From Vicugna vicugna (lineage: Eukaryota), in assembly GCA_013265495.1 (NCBI GenBank), contig MU058718.1, forward strand, positions 4,299,648 to 4,363,647: a DNA stretch of 64,000 nucleotides, given 5' to 3'. Each line of letters opens with the position of its first letter. Position 1 is the stretch's first letter. The translations under genes were made by a program, and so were the position numbers. Shown here piece by piece: positions 1-14,487 of the stretch. The notes below the pieces were generated by a model that saw nothing but the letters and a program-made list of their open reading frames with translations, searched no databases and had not been told where the DNA came from.

Positions 1-1169
1 TGGCTCACTTTCACAATTATAAAGCCTTCATGACAGACTAGAGAAGATAAAATTCAAAGAGGAAAATTCAAAAGAATGGAAAAAAATTAAGAAAAAAAAT
101 TCAAGAGGGTGACTTTGGGTATGTTAAATAAGCCAGGATCTACTGTGAGCAGCTTGGTGGTTGATCAAGAACAGATGCCGGCGGTAAGATAGGCTGGTGC
201 AAGGAGAAGCAGTTTGATGAGTCTATGACTTGGAAAATTGGATTAGGAAATAATTGAACACACATGGCACAAAACCAAGAGGAATACAGTTTATAGAGCC
301 CAAGGAGTCAAAGCCAATAGGCAGTAAAAAATGAAACACAGAATATACGAACGTAGTGATCACCTAAATAACAGCTGGAACAGGAAGACGAGGAAACACT
401 CAATGGAGGTGTTGCTGTAGCACACATATTTGAGTCAATCAGCAGACCCCAAAATCACACACAAAAAAATCAAGAATTTTTTTTTCTTTTTGCATATAGT
501 GGCGTATGAGCACTAGGTTATAAATAACTGGAAATTAACATTTGGAGCATAATTGTTAGTTTTTCCTGGAGATTTTACATAATAACGTCACATCCGTGGT
601 AGGTGAGCATAAGAAAAAACTGAACATCATGACTGGTACTCACTTTCACTCTCTGGGAGCTGAGATTAGGGGACCAACAGTGAGCGTGGGCAATAAATCC
701 CCAGAATGTGCGCATGGTTTCAAAGCATGACCTAGGGGCTGTGTCAATTTGGTGAGGGCCTAGGAAGGATTTTTAGATTAAGACGTTTTCCCTCTGTATG
801 TCTCCTTACCAAATTGAAATTAATTCGTAGTTCTGTATAAAAACCTATACATTGAATATCTTTAAGAGAATAGGATGATACTTATAAGAATTTTGAAACT
901 ACAAACCAAAGCAACAGAGAAAAGTTCTGCTTTAGATATCTGGACTGGAGGTAACCTGGAGACAAAGCTAAACCCAGACAAACATATCATTAGCTTAACA
1001 CACCAGCATACTTCCTTATACGCACTGCAGCGTGTAAGTAAATGAAGGGTTCTTGCCTCATCTCACTGATTGATCCTCTGTTTGTTTTCCTCCCTTCCTC
1101 TAAGTATGACCATTCCCTTTGGATTTGTTCTTTGTACCCCATCCTAATCTTTCTCCTCGGGACAACTTA

Positions 1170-2110
1170 TCCACATTCATTGCAATGCACTGAACACACA
1201 TTGAGCCCCAATGAACCAGGCACTGTACTATACACCAGAACACATTGTCCATGAACCAAAGAAAAACACTTGAGTAACAGCAATCTGATGTGGTAAAAGC
1301 CCTACTAAAGGTTAATGAGTTACCATGGGAGCAGAAAGAAGGGCGCTTCCAACATCTGAGAAGTCTTCACAGAAGGAGATATTGCCAAAAGGTGACCAAA
1401 ATGTTCAAAGGTGGACATGGCAGTTTCAGGCTAAGGGGACAATGAGTGTAAAGACACAGCATAGCATGTTTGGAAAAGGACAAGAAGTGTGGTGTGGAAG
1501 AACTTAGGGGAGCTCAAGGAGATGTAACGATGTGAGGCTGGAAATAAAGTGAGTGCTATAGCGAGTTCTTCTAAGCTCTGGCAATATATTTCAACTTTAT
1601 TCATTATGTATTGCGAGCCATTAAAAAGGGTTAAGCAAGAAAGAGACAAGATCATATTTATATTTGAAATGACCCCTTTGGTAGCAATCTGGATGTGCCT
1701 TTGTAAAGACCCAAGAAGGTAAAAAGCATTGCAATAATCCAGGTGAGAAGTGACAGGAGCCTAAACTGAGAAAGTGGCACTGCGAGATGGAGAGGAAGGA
1801 TGAATTCAAGAGGCGGAATTGTTCAGATCTACAGGCAAAAGAATGTAGGGGGTAAGGAGAGAGATCAGTCAAAAGCAAATTCAAAGTTTTTAGCATATTC
1901 AGCTAGTTGGATGTTGATATCACTAAATGAGACAAGGACTATGAGGCAAGTATGAGACTGATGAGGCAAGGGAAAGGAAGAAGAAATATCTATTTTTGAT
2001 ATGGTGAGTTGGACGAGTCCACTGGGATATCTGAGGGCAGATGTCCTGTGAACATTTGAATATAAGAGTGTGGAGCTTAGAAATAAACATGAGGGTTAAA
2101 GCCATCAGAA
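1170..2110 (-). mobile_element. Ancient L2 LINE fragment
   Basis: Begins CATTCATT...CCAGGCACTGT (reverse L2 3' end), followed by typical L2 purine-rich body; boundaries approximate. Confidence 0.6.
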
Positions 2111-3839
2111 AGTGACAGATTTAACACTGAAAAGAAATGACATCATTAGGAAATATTAGGATGGAAAGTATCCACTTTTATCTCGATATTCAAATTTTTC
2201 TCCCATCCTCTACTCTTAGAAAGTCTGTGTCCTCTATTTCCATTTACTTAGCAGACTTTTCCATTTGGACATCCTACCATCGCCTCAGACATGAATGAAT
2301 TTGGTAACATTGTAGGTCAAAACTGGTTGACTATTGGAATTATGTATGTTTCAAACTTAGTGATTGACATTTCACAACTGTATTATCGCAACAGTTTCCT
2401 GTCTTCCTTACCTCCCAGCTCACTTTCTTATAACTCATGTTGCCAAATATTTCTCATCCCTTTCTTCATATATTGTTCCCCTGCTCAAAACCCTTTAGCG
2501 GTGCCCTATTAATTACCACCACCAAGCTAAGCCCCACACTCACCAGTTTCCATCACTTCTCAACATTATTCTCCACCTTACAGGGCCAGGCTCCTCGATG
2601 TCTTGTGAACCAACAGTGTTCATTCCATCCTTGGTTCATGTTGTACCTCTAATCTGTCATTTCCTCCTCTCAGTTTACCCAAATCCTGTTGAACATTTAA
2701 AGCAGTATTTCTCAACTTTTTGACCATGATTCCTTTGGGTAAATCCATCTCAAAACCCATTCTCAACCTCTTTCATCCTTGTCCTCTTCCTCTGGAGAGG
2801 CTGGAAACATTCAGTGCTTGCTTTCTGAGTCCCTTTGGAACTAGGAGAGGCCATGTGCTGCAATGCTGCTCCCTTCTCCTTCTTGCCTTAAAAATGGGCA
2901 CAGGTACATAGAGTTGTAGCAACCATCAGGAAATTGTAAACAAACAAGTCAGCCCATTAAGTATTATAGCCTGGTGAATACAGACGTCTAGGTCCTTGAT
3001 TACATCTCTAAGCCACACCAAGCCAGGATTGCCTTCCTCTGGACTTAAACAGTTAAGGGCTTAGGTTACACTTGCCTGTGTTGTTTGTTTGTTGTTTTTT
3101 GCTGCAGAAAAAAAAAATCCAAATTGATATATGTGGCATGCTCCCATTATTTATTTTCAAACAATGACATACCGTTGAGAGCTAATAAATTCATGTGAGT
3201 CTTTACGCATAGAAATTAGCATTCACTTGGTAGTTCAAACATGTATCTAATAAAAAGTCAGCTGAGATATGCAGACACATATTCCACCAGTTACAGCTTT
3301 TTGCAGCAGCTCTTCTCTCTGAAGGTTGGAGAGCCAACAATTAAAACACTTAACTTATATTAGTTAAAGGAAGAGTTTTAGTTTTTCAATAGCAATGTTT
3401 AAATTATTCTGTAAGCATTTAGTTCTCCTTTATTGTAATTACATAGAGAGTTCTAAGTTATCAAAATTTTATACATTAATATTTTGCTTTCCCTCTAAAA
3501 CGAGATAGACAACCCCTCAAATTAAATTACTGAGGTGTCCTCTGTCCCAGTTTGGACCAATAACCGTTCCATGCTATGGTAGATTCTAAGGTAGCCCTCA
3601 GTGTTCCCCACCTCCAGGTATTTACACCCCTGTTTAATCTGCTTCCCTAGAGTGTGGGCTGGATTTAGTCGCCAGGTTGTATGGTAACTCTGTTTGCCAT
3701 TTTGAGGAACTGCCATTCTGTTTTCCCAAGGTGGCTACAACATTTTATGATTTTAAAACTTTTTATCTGTCGAACAAAATGCAAATGATTTAACCTCAGT
3801 TTCCCATCATTTATAAAACGGAATAATTCCAAAAATGAA

Positions 3840-4085
3840 GACTAACATTATTTAGCACTTACATGCACCTATACTGTTCTAGGTAATTTCTAAGATTTTA
3901 CTAATTTAAACCCCTGTGGCAGGGTTGTCAGATAAAATAAAGGAGACTCCATTAAATTTAAATTTCAGATTTTAAAAAATGAATAATTTTCTGTATGATT
4001 ATGTTCTATGCAATTTTGCCCAGAGTCTCATAGTAGAATATGCTATCATGTACCAGGATGGGAACCCAGGCAGTCTGACTCTGGA
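3840..4085 (-). mobile_element. MIR interrupted by a MER53-like hAT fragment (~3920-4015)
   Basis: TAACATTATTTAGCACTTAC...GAACCCAGGCAGTCTGACTC MIR ends; internal CAGGGTTGTCAGATAAAAT...AAATTTAAATTTCAGAT. Confidence 0.5.
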
Positions 4086-5639
4086 ACAACAGCTGTTAAT
4101 TTCCAGTAACTTCAAGCAGTTCTTGCAACACAAATTAAGTACATTTGAAAACTTAGTACCCATAATAGTAAATTTTCAGTACATGCTATTTCCCTTCCAG
4201 GTCTCTTCCTTCCCTGGCCTCCTCCTTCCCCACTACCCCCAACTCTTTGGGTGCCCGTAGCATTTTGCTTATATCTCTTCCATGGTAATATTCTATTCTA
4301 CAGAGAGGTTGTTACTGTTGAATGGTCATAGTTACTGGATCAAGACTTTAATGAAAAGTTATTTTAATGTCAATTTACTACACCAAGTTAAGGTCAGTAT
4401 ACCCACATCCTCGGGGAGAGCTTTAAGAAATAAACAATTACTTCATAAATGCAGAACAGAAAAGTGAAAGTCCCTGTTCTCTCTAAATTGATACTTGACT
4501 TCTAATGTTGTTCTTTAAAAATAAGTCTTTAATTAACACTCAGGAACACCGAGCTTTATTGAAATACTAAGGACATTAATCTTATTATATTCCTATATTA
4601 TGAATACCAACTGTTTTAAGTATATCAACACAATTCTTTTTTCCAGGAAAGTTTCTCAAATACATTAATCTCTAGAATTCACCCCAACAAGATTTGCAGA
4701 GATTTTTAAAAAGCAGATCGTCAGCTTTCTGCAGTAATGAATGTGCCTTTAATCAATCATCAAACACAAAAAAATCATGCTTTTTTTTTTCTTCTATATC
4801 TCAATGCTGTACACAACAGCCACATCCTTATGAGTAAATGGTCCACATTTGCTCGCACTCTGGAATTTTTTCAATTATGTTTGTAATTCAGTATGTATTC
4901 ATTCTTAGAAACTTAGTTCTTGGTCCAGAAGAAGAAACACTGGTACATATCCATTATTATCCAGTGATAACAGAGAAAATATCTGCATCTAAAGCTGGTT
5001 CCAGTGTCATAGCAGTCGCTTTGGTTGCTGTGTTTCCTGGCCCAACTGCTCTCTTTTTCCAGCTGAAAATTATGTTGGCTGGGAGCCATGCCACAGAACC
5101 TCCACCCCGAGGAGTGACTCAGATAATTAGACAAAAGCATTTAAACCTCTCCAGGATTTTTTTTCAGACTTCCCTCTCAACATTCCTTCCTCTTAGTCAA
5201 AGAACTGGTGACTACACATTTTGTGTAGTTGAAGGGAAAAAACTCCCACCATTCATAAATCAACAATGCCTGTTCTCAATCATCATCTTTAAAAGGTGCA
5301 AGACAACAAATCGTTGATTCCTCAGCACCTTGAGAAAGTCTTTGTTCACTGAATATTTTTTCATGTACAGCATAATTTTTAAAAACTCTTTATTATGGAT
5401 AATTTCAAACATGAAAATGATGAACACCCACAGGCCCATTCACTCAACTTCAACAATTACCAGCTCATGGTCAATATGGTTTCTCCTATAAACCCCCTCT
5501 CTACTCTCAGATTATTTTAAGACAAATCTGAGTCATATAATTTCATCTTTAACTGTTTCAATGATGTTAGCGTAAATTTGGGATTTATTTTTCTGGTTTA
5601 ATTTTTTTAATTATTAAATTAGAGTGAAGAAGGAAAATA

Positions 5640-5860
5640 GGACTAACATCTGTTGAGAGCTTACCATGCCAGCTGTTATGCTAGAGACTCTCTCCTAAAT
5701 TACTACTTTTAATGATAAAACCCTGTGGGGTGAACATTACCATTCCCACTTTTAGAAAAGGAAACAAATAAAGAGAGAAACTTTCCAATGTCACTTAGCT
5801 ATTGAGTAGCAGGGCTGGAATTCAAACCTAATCTGTCTGACTCAGAACCCTATGCTCTTT
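5640..5860 (-). mobile_element. MIR SINE
   Basis: Reverse MIR core: CCCACTTTTAGAAAAGGAAAC...GGGCTGGAATTCAAACC...TCTGACTC. Confidence 0.6.
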
Positions 5861-8379
5861 CTCCAAATCGAGGCTGTCAGACAGGATCCAAAAAAATGCC
5901 TGTGAAAAGATAGGAATTGTCTTATATGACCTATCTGAAGAGAGAAGGACCTCTTCCGTCTTCGGTCCTCCCTCCATGGTATGAATGATGTTCACAACAT
6001 CACAGGCAGGATGTTTCCAGATCCTAATTCCTCTAGCATTCCTAACACTGTAATCCAGAATCCAAAAGTCACAGTTTCCTAAGTCACTATTTTGATACTC
6101 AGGAAACAACATGGGCTCTGAGGTGTACCAGTAGGCAACATACTTCAGGTTTTATTAGGATGGTATGTGCATCAAGAAAAAAAATCAAGCAAACAAAACA
6201 AACAAAAAACACAGCCTAGAAATCACCATAGGTATAGAGAAAGAGGTATTAACATGTCTAAGCATATGGAAACAATAACCCTTCCAAACATACTAATAGG
6301 AAGATTAGTTACCCAGGATATAATTTAGAAATTTTGCCAGGCTAGTCCAAAATCTATACTCCATTCAATGACATTTCTAACAAGTGATAAGAGTACCTAT
6401 TAGCATTTATTTAAAATATTTTCTCTAAGGTGTCTCTATTATATTACTATACTAAGTTAAAAAAGAATATAAATTTAATGTTTTGTTCTATAATTCAAGT
6501 TTGTCTTAACGACAGAAAAATAGAACTTAAGATTCCTCAAGTAGGTTTCTAAATACTAGGTTCTGGTGTGAAATGCACTTACTATCTTAAGTAAGTATAA
6601 TCTAAGAACTGGAGAGAATAAAAAATGCAATTCCATCTTAAAAAATATTCAAATCATAAAATAAGCAATCAACCACAAAAGACTGGGAATTTTCCACATA
6701 CTGGTACTAGTGTTTACTCTAAGATACTTACCTATCTTTACCCTCAAACCTGATACTTACAGTTCAGATTTTTAATGTTTCAAAAATAAGCCATAATGCA
6801 ATGTGTCCATTTCAGTATGGGCTCAAGGTTCCTAAGAAGTCACTGCTTAGGAAAAAACTCAAGTACATCAAATAGAAATGTGAGGTGTCAATAGCTACCA
6901 GCATCCCAGGTTTGTCCTGTTAAGTCTATAAATTAGTCATCAGTTATTAACCTCAAAAATCTTGTTTTAAAAGCTGATTAAGAATCACTATTGGTTACCT
7001 TAAGTTAAATATAAATACAAGGATAGTAACATTAACACCCTATTACCAGATCACCACATATTTTCTTGGTTTGAAGTGTATAACTAGTACTTTTATATCC
7101 GTGTACTCTATAAATATGTTGAAAGAATGAATAAATCCCAAATACTAATATTAAAAGAGATTAAAGAAAAAACCTCTATTTTAAATTTACATATGACAAG
7201 GAAGAAGATTTTTTTTTAAATAATTCAACATGAAGCTCTCAAAGTCAAAGCCTCAGAAAAAGGAAAGCTATGGTTCATAGCGACTGACTCATTTCCTCAG
7301 ATGATTCAAACTTCTGGCTTTAACACTGACCTGCCTTCCCCTCCCCCTTCCAATTTTAATTCAGTACTGGGGGGAAATAAACCTCTGACACTACAGAGCT
7401 AGCTTTCCAGTGCTACCACATCATAATCTTTCAAATAAACTACATCTTTCTACCAGCTTTTACACACTTTTGATATTAAAGTCCTATTATATACGTCAGT
7501 TAACAGTGGCTCAAACTCAAACAGCTACGTGGATTTTCCCAAAAGTTACTGAAAAAATGTAGAGGTGTTTTTTCCACCTTTTAGAAATGTCACTGGCACA
7601 AAGACGATTTAATTCATATATCTTTCTGCTACCCTACACAAACCTTTGAAAATGAGCCTGTGCTTCATCTTGGTTTTCCGTATATTCTTTAAATATTTAT
7701 ATACCTCAAATGTTGAATTCCTTATGGATACGTTCATGAGCTTACCTAATACAAAGTCCAGACCCACAAAGACAAATGAAGAGAACTGAACACTACTACA
7801 CCAAAGGCACGTCTACACACGCCCATAACTCCTGGCCAAATGCATGACAGAAACAGGATACATCTGGCTCCTCCTTTCCAAGTAAGGGAAAGACGAGATC
7901 TAGCCAGCTATAAAGGGTTCAGAAATCATGTGTACTGATGCTGCTGTTAAAAAAGAACAGCTTGCAAACCATCCTCTAATCGAGGACCTATAGAGGTACA
8001 GTTCAAACTAAGTTGATGTCCCCTTATCTAACAGAAGATAAAAGAAAGGAATATCTCTTTCTCCACACCACTGTGCCCTACCCGTACCCCAAAGACTCCC
8101 TTGTAAACCTGATCCTCAGGTGTTAGTGGATATGTAAAGAAGAATGTTTGGGAGTTATTTAAAATTGCCAACTCTTTCTCTCATTGGAGGGAAGCACTTT
8201 CCTCATCCACTTCAAAGTCCCTGCCCCTCCAAAATGTTGCTTTGTCTTTAGGAGCACCCACAAGCCCCTGATAAACTGGATTAATGCCAGAAAGATCTGC
8301 TGGATCACAGTCACCATATCTTACTGGATTCTGCAATTTGTTACTGCAGTTTTTTGGTACCTTCCCTTCCTAAAGGCTG

Positions 8380-8595
8380 TTGCTTTGGAGTCAACAAGAC
8401 TTGAGTTTGAATGACTCTCCCATTTAATAGCTGTGGTATCATGGACAACTTACTTAACTTTTGTACATTAAGTTTCTTACCTGTAAAGTGAGAAGTAATA
8501 CCATATATTTTGCTATTCTATTGTGAGGAGAACATTTAAAACCTGTAGCACACTGGCAGGCACACAGTAATTCAATGAAGTGTTCTATTATTTAT
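8380..8595 (+). mobile_element. MIR SINE
   Basis: GCTTTGGAGTCA...GAGTTTGAAT...TTACTTAAC...GTTTCTTACCTGTAAAGTG...GGCACACAGTAA. Confidence 0.65.
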
Positions 8596-9279
8596 TTACT
8601 CCATTTTGTTATCCTGTAGAATTTTTCCCTCTAGCTCCTAAATCAGTGCAGAGAAAAATATCCTAAAATTCAGAACTGCTGCTGACAGAAGCTATTAAGT
8701 GTCAGTTTGTAAATCTTAAGAGACGTTTCATAGTAAATTGGTAACTCTATATTTTAGTTAAATAGGGATTAGGTTAATCGGGATGCCTATATATTAGAAA
8801 TTCATTTAAATTTCACTCCATGGCTGTATGATTGATAAATACAAATAAATTTGAGTCTAATCTCAGACAAGACCATGGCTTACTTTCCACATTTGTGAGA
8901 TAGGAATACCACCATCCTCATCTGTTGTTATAGTAGGACTAGAATTACCTGGGCATGGTCATTGAAGGCATTTCCAAGAAGACAGCCCTAACTCTGCAAA
9001 AAAAAAAAGTAGCTTAAAGGAATTACAATGAACAGTTTTCAAAGAGATTCTTTTTTTCAATTTTCCTTTTTCTCTAGGAAACTGGTGGTAGGGAGCACAC
9101 ATTCATTCTCCACTCCACCCTCAACAATCCATACCTACAATACTTCTGAATGATGTTTTGAAAATTAAGTGACCCTCTTGTATTAAAGTGTTTTTATAAA
9201 CTTCCATATACATCTCCCTCTGACTAGCACATATGAACGTATATTATCATCTCTCATCTCTAGCTTTTTGGAACACTTC

Positions 9280-10790
9280 TATTAGCAGCTTCTTCACTAC
9301 TTCCTGTCTTTTTCACTGCAAACTAGTTTCGGACCACTTCACTTCAACTTATCTAAGGAAGATCTCCGTGACTTTCTAATGTCAGTTCTAAAGAATTCAT
9401 TTTGAACGTTAGCGTCTTGATCTCCCTGTAGGACATGGCATCATTGATATTGTGTCCCGTGGTCTCACTCTTCTCTATTAACGCCCTCTTCTTTCAACAC
9501 TGTAATCTTTGGTGTTCCCCAGGGAGGGGTCCCATCCTCTGCTCTTTATTCTTCTTACTCCCAGGAAATCTCACTCGTATCTCTAGTTTCAAAAGCCAGT
9601 TAAAAGCTAACTCCTGAGTCTCTATCTGTAGACTAGATGTCTCCTGACGTATTGGATATCACCATGTAAATGTCCAAGCCATAGAATCTAAAACTTGCTA
9701 TCAAAGCTGGGTATGTAATCTCTTTCCTTTCCTTAAGCTTGCCATTTTCCCTCTGTTTTTATAACTGTAACCTTCATTAGCAGTCACTCATGCATACTTT
9801 TCCCCGTGTTCTCTCTCATTCAGTTGACCCAAACATGTTTATTCTCTCTCTCTAAACTAGGGTTTTCCAAACTATAGCCCCTGAAACCATTGTTTGTTTG
9901 TTTGTCTTTTAAATATTAGGGTTCAGTGATCAAGTAAGTTTGGGAATGATGGGTTAAGACTTCTAAGAATCCTTAATATACTGCTAAAGTGCCTTGTGAA
10001 CCCCAAATGCAGATATAATATGAAGTGTTTCCCAAATTGCTTGGAAGTCTTTTTTCCAAGGATTATCTCCTCTGATCAGTGTTCCACAGAACACACTTTG
10101 CCAAATGTCATTCAGTTATTTCTCAAACGTTTCCTGTCCTCTCCACCACAAGAGCCATTGCTTCAATTAGGGAGTTCTCTCTCACCTAGTCTATACAGTA
10201 GGTTTCCTGCTTAGGATCTTTACTCATCTTTTACACAGTATTTAATGAGCTCCCTAAAGTGTAAATCTCATGCAATTTCATGCTTTAAAAATCCCACAGG
10301 GTTTTCCCAGTATCCAAATTATAAAATCCAAAATTCCTTAAAAAAAAAACAAAAAACTTCACGACCCAGCCCCTGATCATCTTCCTATCTTAGTTTCACA
10401 CCAGTCCATCCTATGCTGCCAGCATAATGAAATATAAATTCCCGATGCTTTATTAACACCTTCTGGCTTTTGCATATAACTGTTCTGCTACCTAAAATGT
10501 CAGCCACCTTTTGGTTATCCGAATAATTCCCACTCATCCTTTAAAATTCACCCCAGATGGTCCTCTTCCGTTCTTCTACCTCCCATTCCCCAGTCAGGAA
10601 GGTGCCTCACTGGTATGCACTCAATGCACCGTCTATGATAGCACATCTTTGTAATTATCTGTGTACATCTCTCTCTTTTCCAATTAGACTGTGACCTTCC
10701 TGAAGATTAAAGACATTCGTTTATTCCTGCTGTGGGGTCTAGTACAGTGCCTAGAACCTAGTAGATGAATGCTTGGTGAATAAATGAATC
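9280..10790 (+). mobile_element. L2 LINE 3' region interrupted by a hAT-Charlie-like element (~9858-10105)
   Basis: Pyrimidine-rich L2 body ending ACAGTGCCTAGAACCTAGTAG...GAATAAATGAAT. The insert begins TAGGGTTTTCCAAACT and resembles 59571-59862. Confidence 0.55.
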
Positions 10791-11129
10791 AATATATATA
10801 TATTATCTTTTAACTGTTTCAATATTATTTCTTTCTGAAAACTATAAATAGGCCTGCAAATAATCAGCTCAGCGAAAACTTTAACTTTCCTTATTTTTCA
10901 CGATGTTCTCTGAAATTCACAGTCTATCAAGTAGTCACATGTGATTTTTATGGGAAATAAATTTCTCAGAGTCTAATACTATGTTCTCCATTGTATGGAA
11001 GACTCAAATTATACAAGGACTCAAAATCTATTGATGCTCAAACAAGAAAATAATGGGATGTTACTCAGCGTAAGCTTTTTGTAAATGAACACACACACAA
11101 ATTTAAGTACATTATTAACCGTTGGTTCA

Positions 11130-11340
11130 CCTCAGCTGTTCCTAGTTCAGATACCTGACTCCAAAGTCTGGCTCTGCTACTTATTAACATACACCTCTCT
11201 AAGCCTCAGTTTTCTCAACTATAAAACAGGAGCCCTTTCTCCCAAGGTGGTTGTGAGGATTAAGAGAATATGCATGAAATGCTTAGAACAATGCCTGGCA
11301 CATGGCAAACATTCAAAAAATGCTAATTATTATTATTCTT
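11130..11340 (+). mobile_element. MIR SINE
   Basis: CCTCTCTAAGCCTCAGTTTTCTCAACTATAAAAC...GGTTGTGAGGATTAA...GCCTGGCACATGG...TATTATTATT. Confidence 0.75.
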
Positions 11341-12334
11341 AGAATGTTTCCCAATTTGATCTCTCCAGGCCTAGCTCCAACCTAGGACTTATTCATAAAA
11401 CTAACTTTTAGAAATAAGAAGTTTATGGAGAGAAAGTACTTTGGTTTGCCATATTAGAGTAAACTTCAAAGGTTCCTTAACAAATTTGGCTTTTTCTCTC
11501 ATGCTATCACCTTCTCAGGCCAATCTATTCAGATGTAATGGGAAACAGCTATTATGGTCATGAATAACCAGTTTCACATAGATCTTTGTGTGAACAAGTG
11601 TTTTTATTTTTTAAAGCCCATTTGTGAATGTCCTCCATAAAATTTACTTCCGTGGCTCCTAAGTAATTTTGTTTAGGTTCTCTTTCAAGATAGTTACAGA
11701 TTCCCACATCCTGTGTAAGTAGTATAGAACAACTATCTAGGCAAGAAATTCATGTGTGAAATAAATTAATTTTTTTTTACTTTATATTGGTTAGAGGAAA
11801 TAATACCATAAGAAACCAAATATCATGTATATTAGCTTCCCAGTCAATAAAACACTTCCCCTTACAAAGTTTCATAGTAAAAAATACTGGATTCAGGACT
11901 TGATTACAGTAATACCAACTGAATAAAAGCCACAGTTCCATGATATTATGTGAAACTATTCCAATCTAATCTATGTTATTTGGAGGAAAGAGCACTTTGA
12001 ACAGAAAAGTATGTTTAACTTACTTACAAAGATTAGTAAAACTACCATTAAAATAAGGGAAATCTTTTTAATAAAATGACTTACAAAATTTTTAAGAATG
12101 TTAAAATTGAAACTGAAAAGCTACTGAGTTTACACATTAAAACTTATTTAGGGAAAAAAAAAATCCAAGCGAGACTACTCAATAACAAGTCTCAAAGGTC
12201 ACTAAATGTTCAAATGTGGCAAATTATATGTGCCACTGTTTCTTAAAGTTTTGATCAGACTCATTTAACAATGGTCTTTTATTGGATTTCTTATATATTT
12301 TGGTAATATTTCAAAAATTGGGCTTTTGCTCTGG

Positions 12335-12528
12335 AGTCAACATTTTTCATCAAGGGCCAAACAGTAAATATTTCAGGCTTTTTAGGATAAATACTGTCAC
12401 ATATTCAAATTTGTTTTTTCTAGCAATTTTTTAAAATCCTTTAAAAATGTAAAAGCCATTCTTAGCTCAGTCCCTATAAAAGCAGGTGTAGCCAGATTTG
12501 CCCTTGGCCAGTTTCCCCACCCCTGCTT
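12335..12528. mobile_element. MER58-like hAT element
   Basis: AAGGGCCAAACAGTAAATATTTCAGGCTTT...GCCAGATTTGCCC...CCCCTGCT. Confidence 0.55.
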
Positions 12529-12853
12529 TACATTATACATATTATCTTTTTGTTACTATCTCAATTCCACTGATATTTTCTTCCTTCAAATATTTGCTCA
12601 CAAGTCACCTTCTCAATGAGGACTCTGAATACACGCCTACCTGTCCCCCATATATATAACATACTATGTAATACATAGTATATAACCTGGAATATTTTTT
12701 TTATTACCCCCAACCCTCAACCCCAACATAAGTTCCTTGAGGGCAGGTCTTTTTTTTCATTGATTTAACTCCTGTCTCTAGAACAGTGCCAGGTACATCA
12801 GTAGGCTCTCAATAAATAGACCTGCCTTCACACTTATAAATCCATGGAGGAAA

Positions 12854-13069
12854 TAGATGACCCTTGAACCCCAGGGGTTAGGGGCACTGACCCTCTGCAC
12901 AATCAAAAACCTAAATCCTTGCATAACTTTGTAGTTACACAGTATTCACTGATTCAGCCAACCCCAAATTGTGTAGTACTATAGCACTTATTATTGAAAA
13001 AAAATCCATATATAAGTGGACCCACTTATACTCACATAATTCAAACTTGTGTCGTTCAAGGGTCCACTG
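12854..13069 (-). mobile_element. Tigger2-family non-autonomous DNA transposon
   Basis: Terminal inverted repeats (TIRs) TAGATGACCCTTGAAC ... GTTCAAGGGTCCACTG followed by TA. Confidence 0.7.
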
Positions 13070-14481
13070 TATATCCAAATGAAGGCAAGTGAAAAAGTAT
13101 TCAAGAACGAGAGTGCCAAACACTTTTTAAAAACTATTTCAAGTAGTGATAAAACATTTTTTTAAAAGGGGGGGAAGTTCAAAATTAAAGTGTTTTCTTA
13201 CTATCCCACAAAGTAAGCTTATTTCTAGACTAATTCCCTGAAAATCTGTGATTATTCTAGCTTATTTAATAATAAATTTCAACTGTTACTCCTAAACCCC
13301 TCTACAGACCTGTTCTGCCTCTTTGATCTCACCTGTTTGTATTCCCTGTCCATTCAACTCACTAACTAGTCTGGCAACCTTCAAGTTTAGCAAAGCAGAG
13401 AGAAAAGTTGCTTTGTCTTTTCTATTACTCCATCTCTTAACATTCCCTTTTTATAAATTTCATAATACTATAATCTTTCCTACTTTGTCTTTACCATTTA
13501 ATATAAACAATGCAAAGAGCTAGATTCTATTGAACATTATACTTCAAATACATTATGCTCAGTGGTTAGTCAGACCTAGAAGTTATTTTTAATTGCTATG
13601 TGGTTTTACAATTTCTACCTGTCAGGAAAGATTTGCCTTACCATAACCCACATATATATATACACTTGGCAAAGTATAGAGGAAATAATTTTGGGAATTT
13701 AGTAAGCTCCACCACCATTCAGATTATGGCTCCTACATTTCTAAACTTATATTAAAACATAAAAACCCACTAAAGTGTAAAACACCTTCTACTGCTCTCT
13801 GATAAACTGGTACTTGAGAGCCATTAATAAAACACAGTACGAAATATAATAACATTAATGTGGGGTTAAATCATACTAGAGAAAACACTAAGACGTTCTA
13901 AAATGAAACTACAAAAATTGCTAATACAAGAAGGAATGCCTACAAAGAAGGAAATGTTTAAAAAACCGTTTATCCAACACGTTATTATTCACCTACTATT
14001 TTATTTTCCAAATGGCTACAATTCTGCCATTGGTATCAGGCAAACAACCTTTGTTTCTAAAAGCCAAACTTTAAAATCCAAACGTCAACTGTCAAGAGTC
14101 AAGACTACACTGTAGGCCAATTCTTTAGACACACAATTCTGTTCTAAAAATGATAAGGTTATGATTTTTGAAAAACAGTAGCATAATAAAAACTGCCATA
14201 GAATGTTAATTTTTTTAAATTTTCAACTGTTTTTGTGTCTAAGTTAGCATAAAATCAGATTAAATTTGATGGAACATCAGGGCAAAACCTCCTTATACAG
14301 CCAGGCTTAGGTCCAAGAACCAAATTGATTCTTCTTGCTCTTATAAAAGCTAAGTGACTCCCAAATTAAGTCACTTTATATCATATATCCCTGGAGAGTA
14401 ACATGGCCCAACACACCACACGTCCCATTTAATCTAATTCAAACGAGTAACATAACGTGAGAAACTGCACTGTGTAATTCC

Positions 14482-14487
14482 TTTATT
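14482..14487 (-). terminator. Distal polyadenylation signal AATAAA of ARF6
   Basis: TTTATT on plus, with a GU-rich element downstream on minus. Confidence 0.65.

Noticed and set aside
4838..5317. 159-aa plus-strand ORF
   Set aside because: No recognisable domain, promoter or splice context; likely chance, though a protein database search would be needed to exclude it fully.
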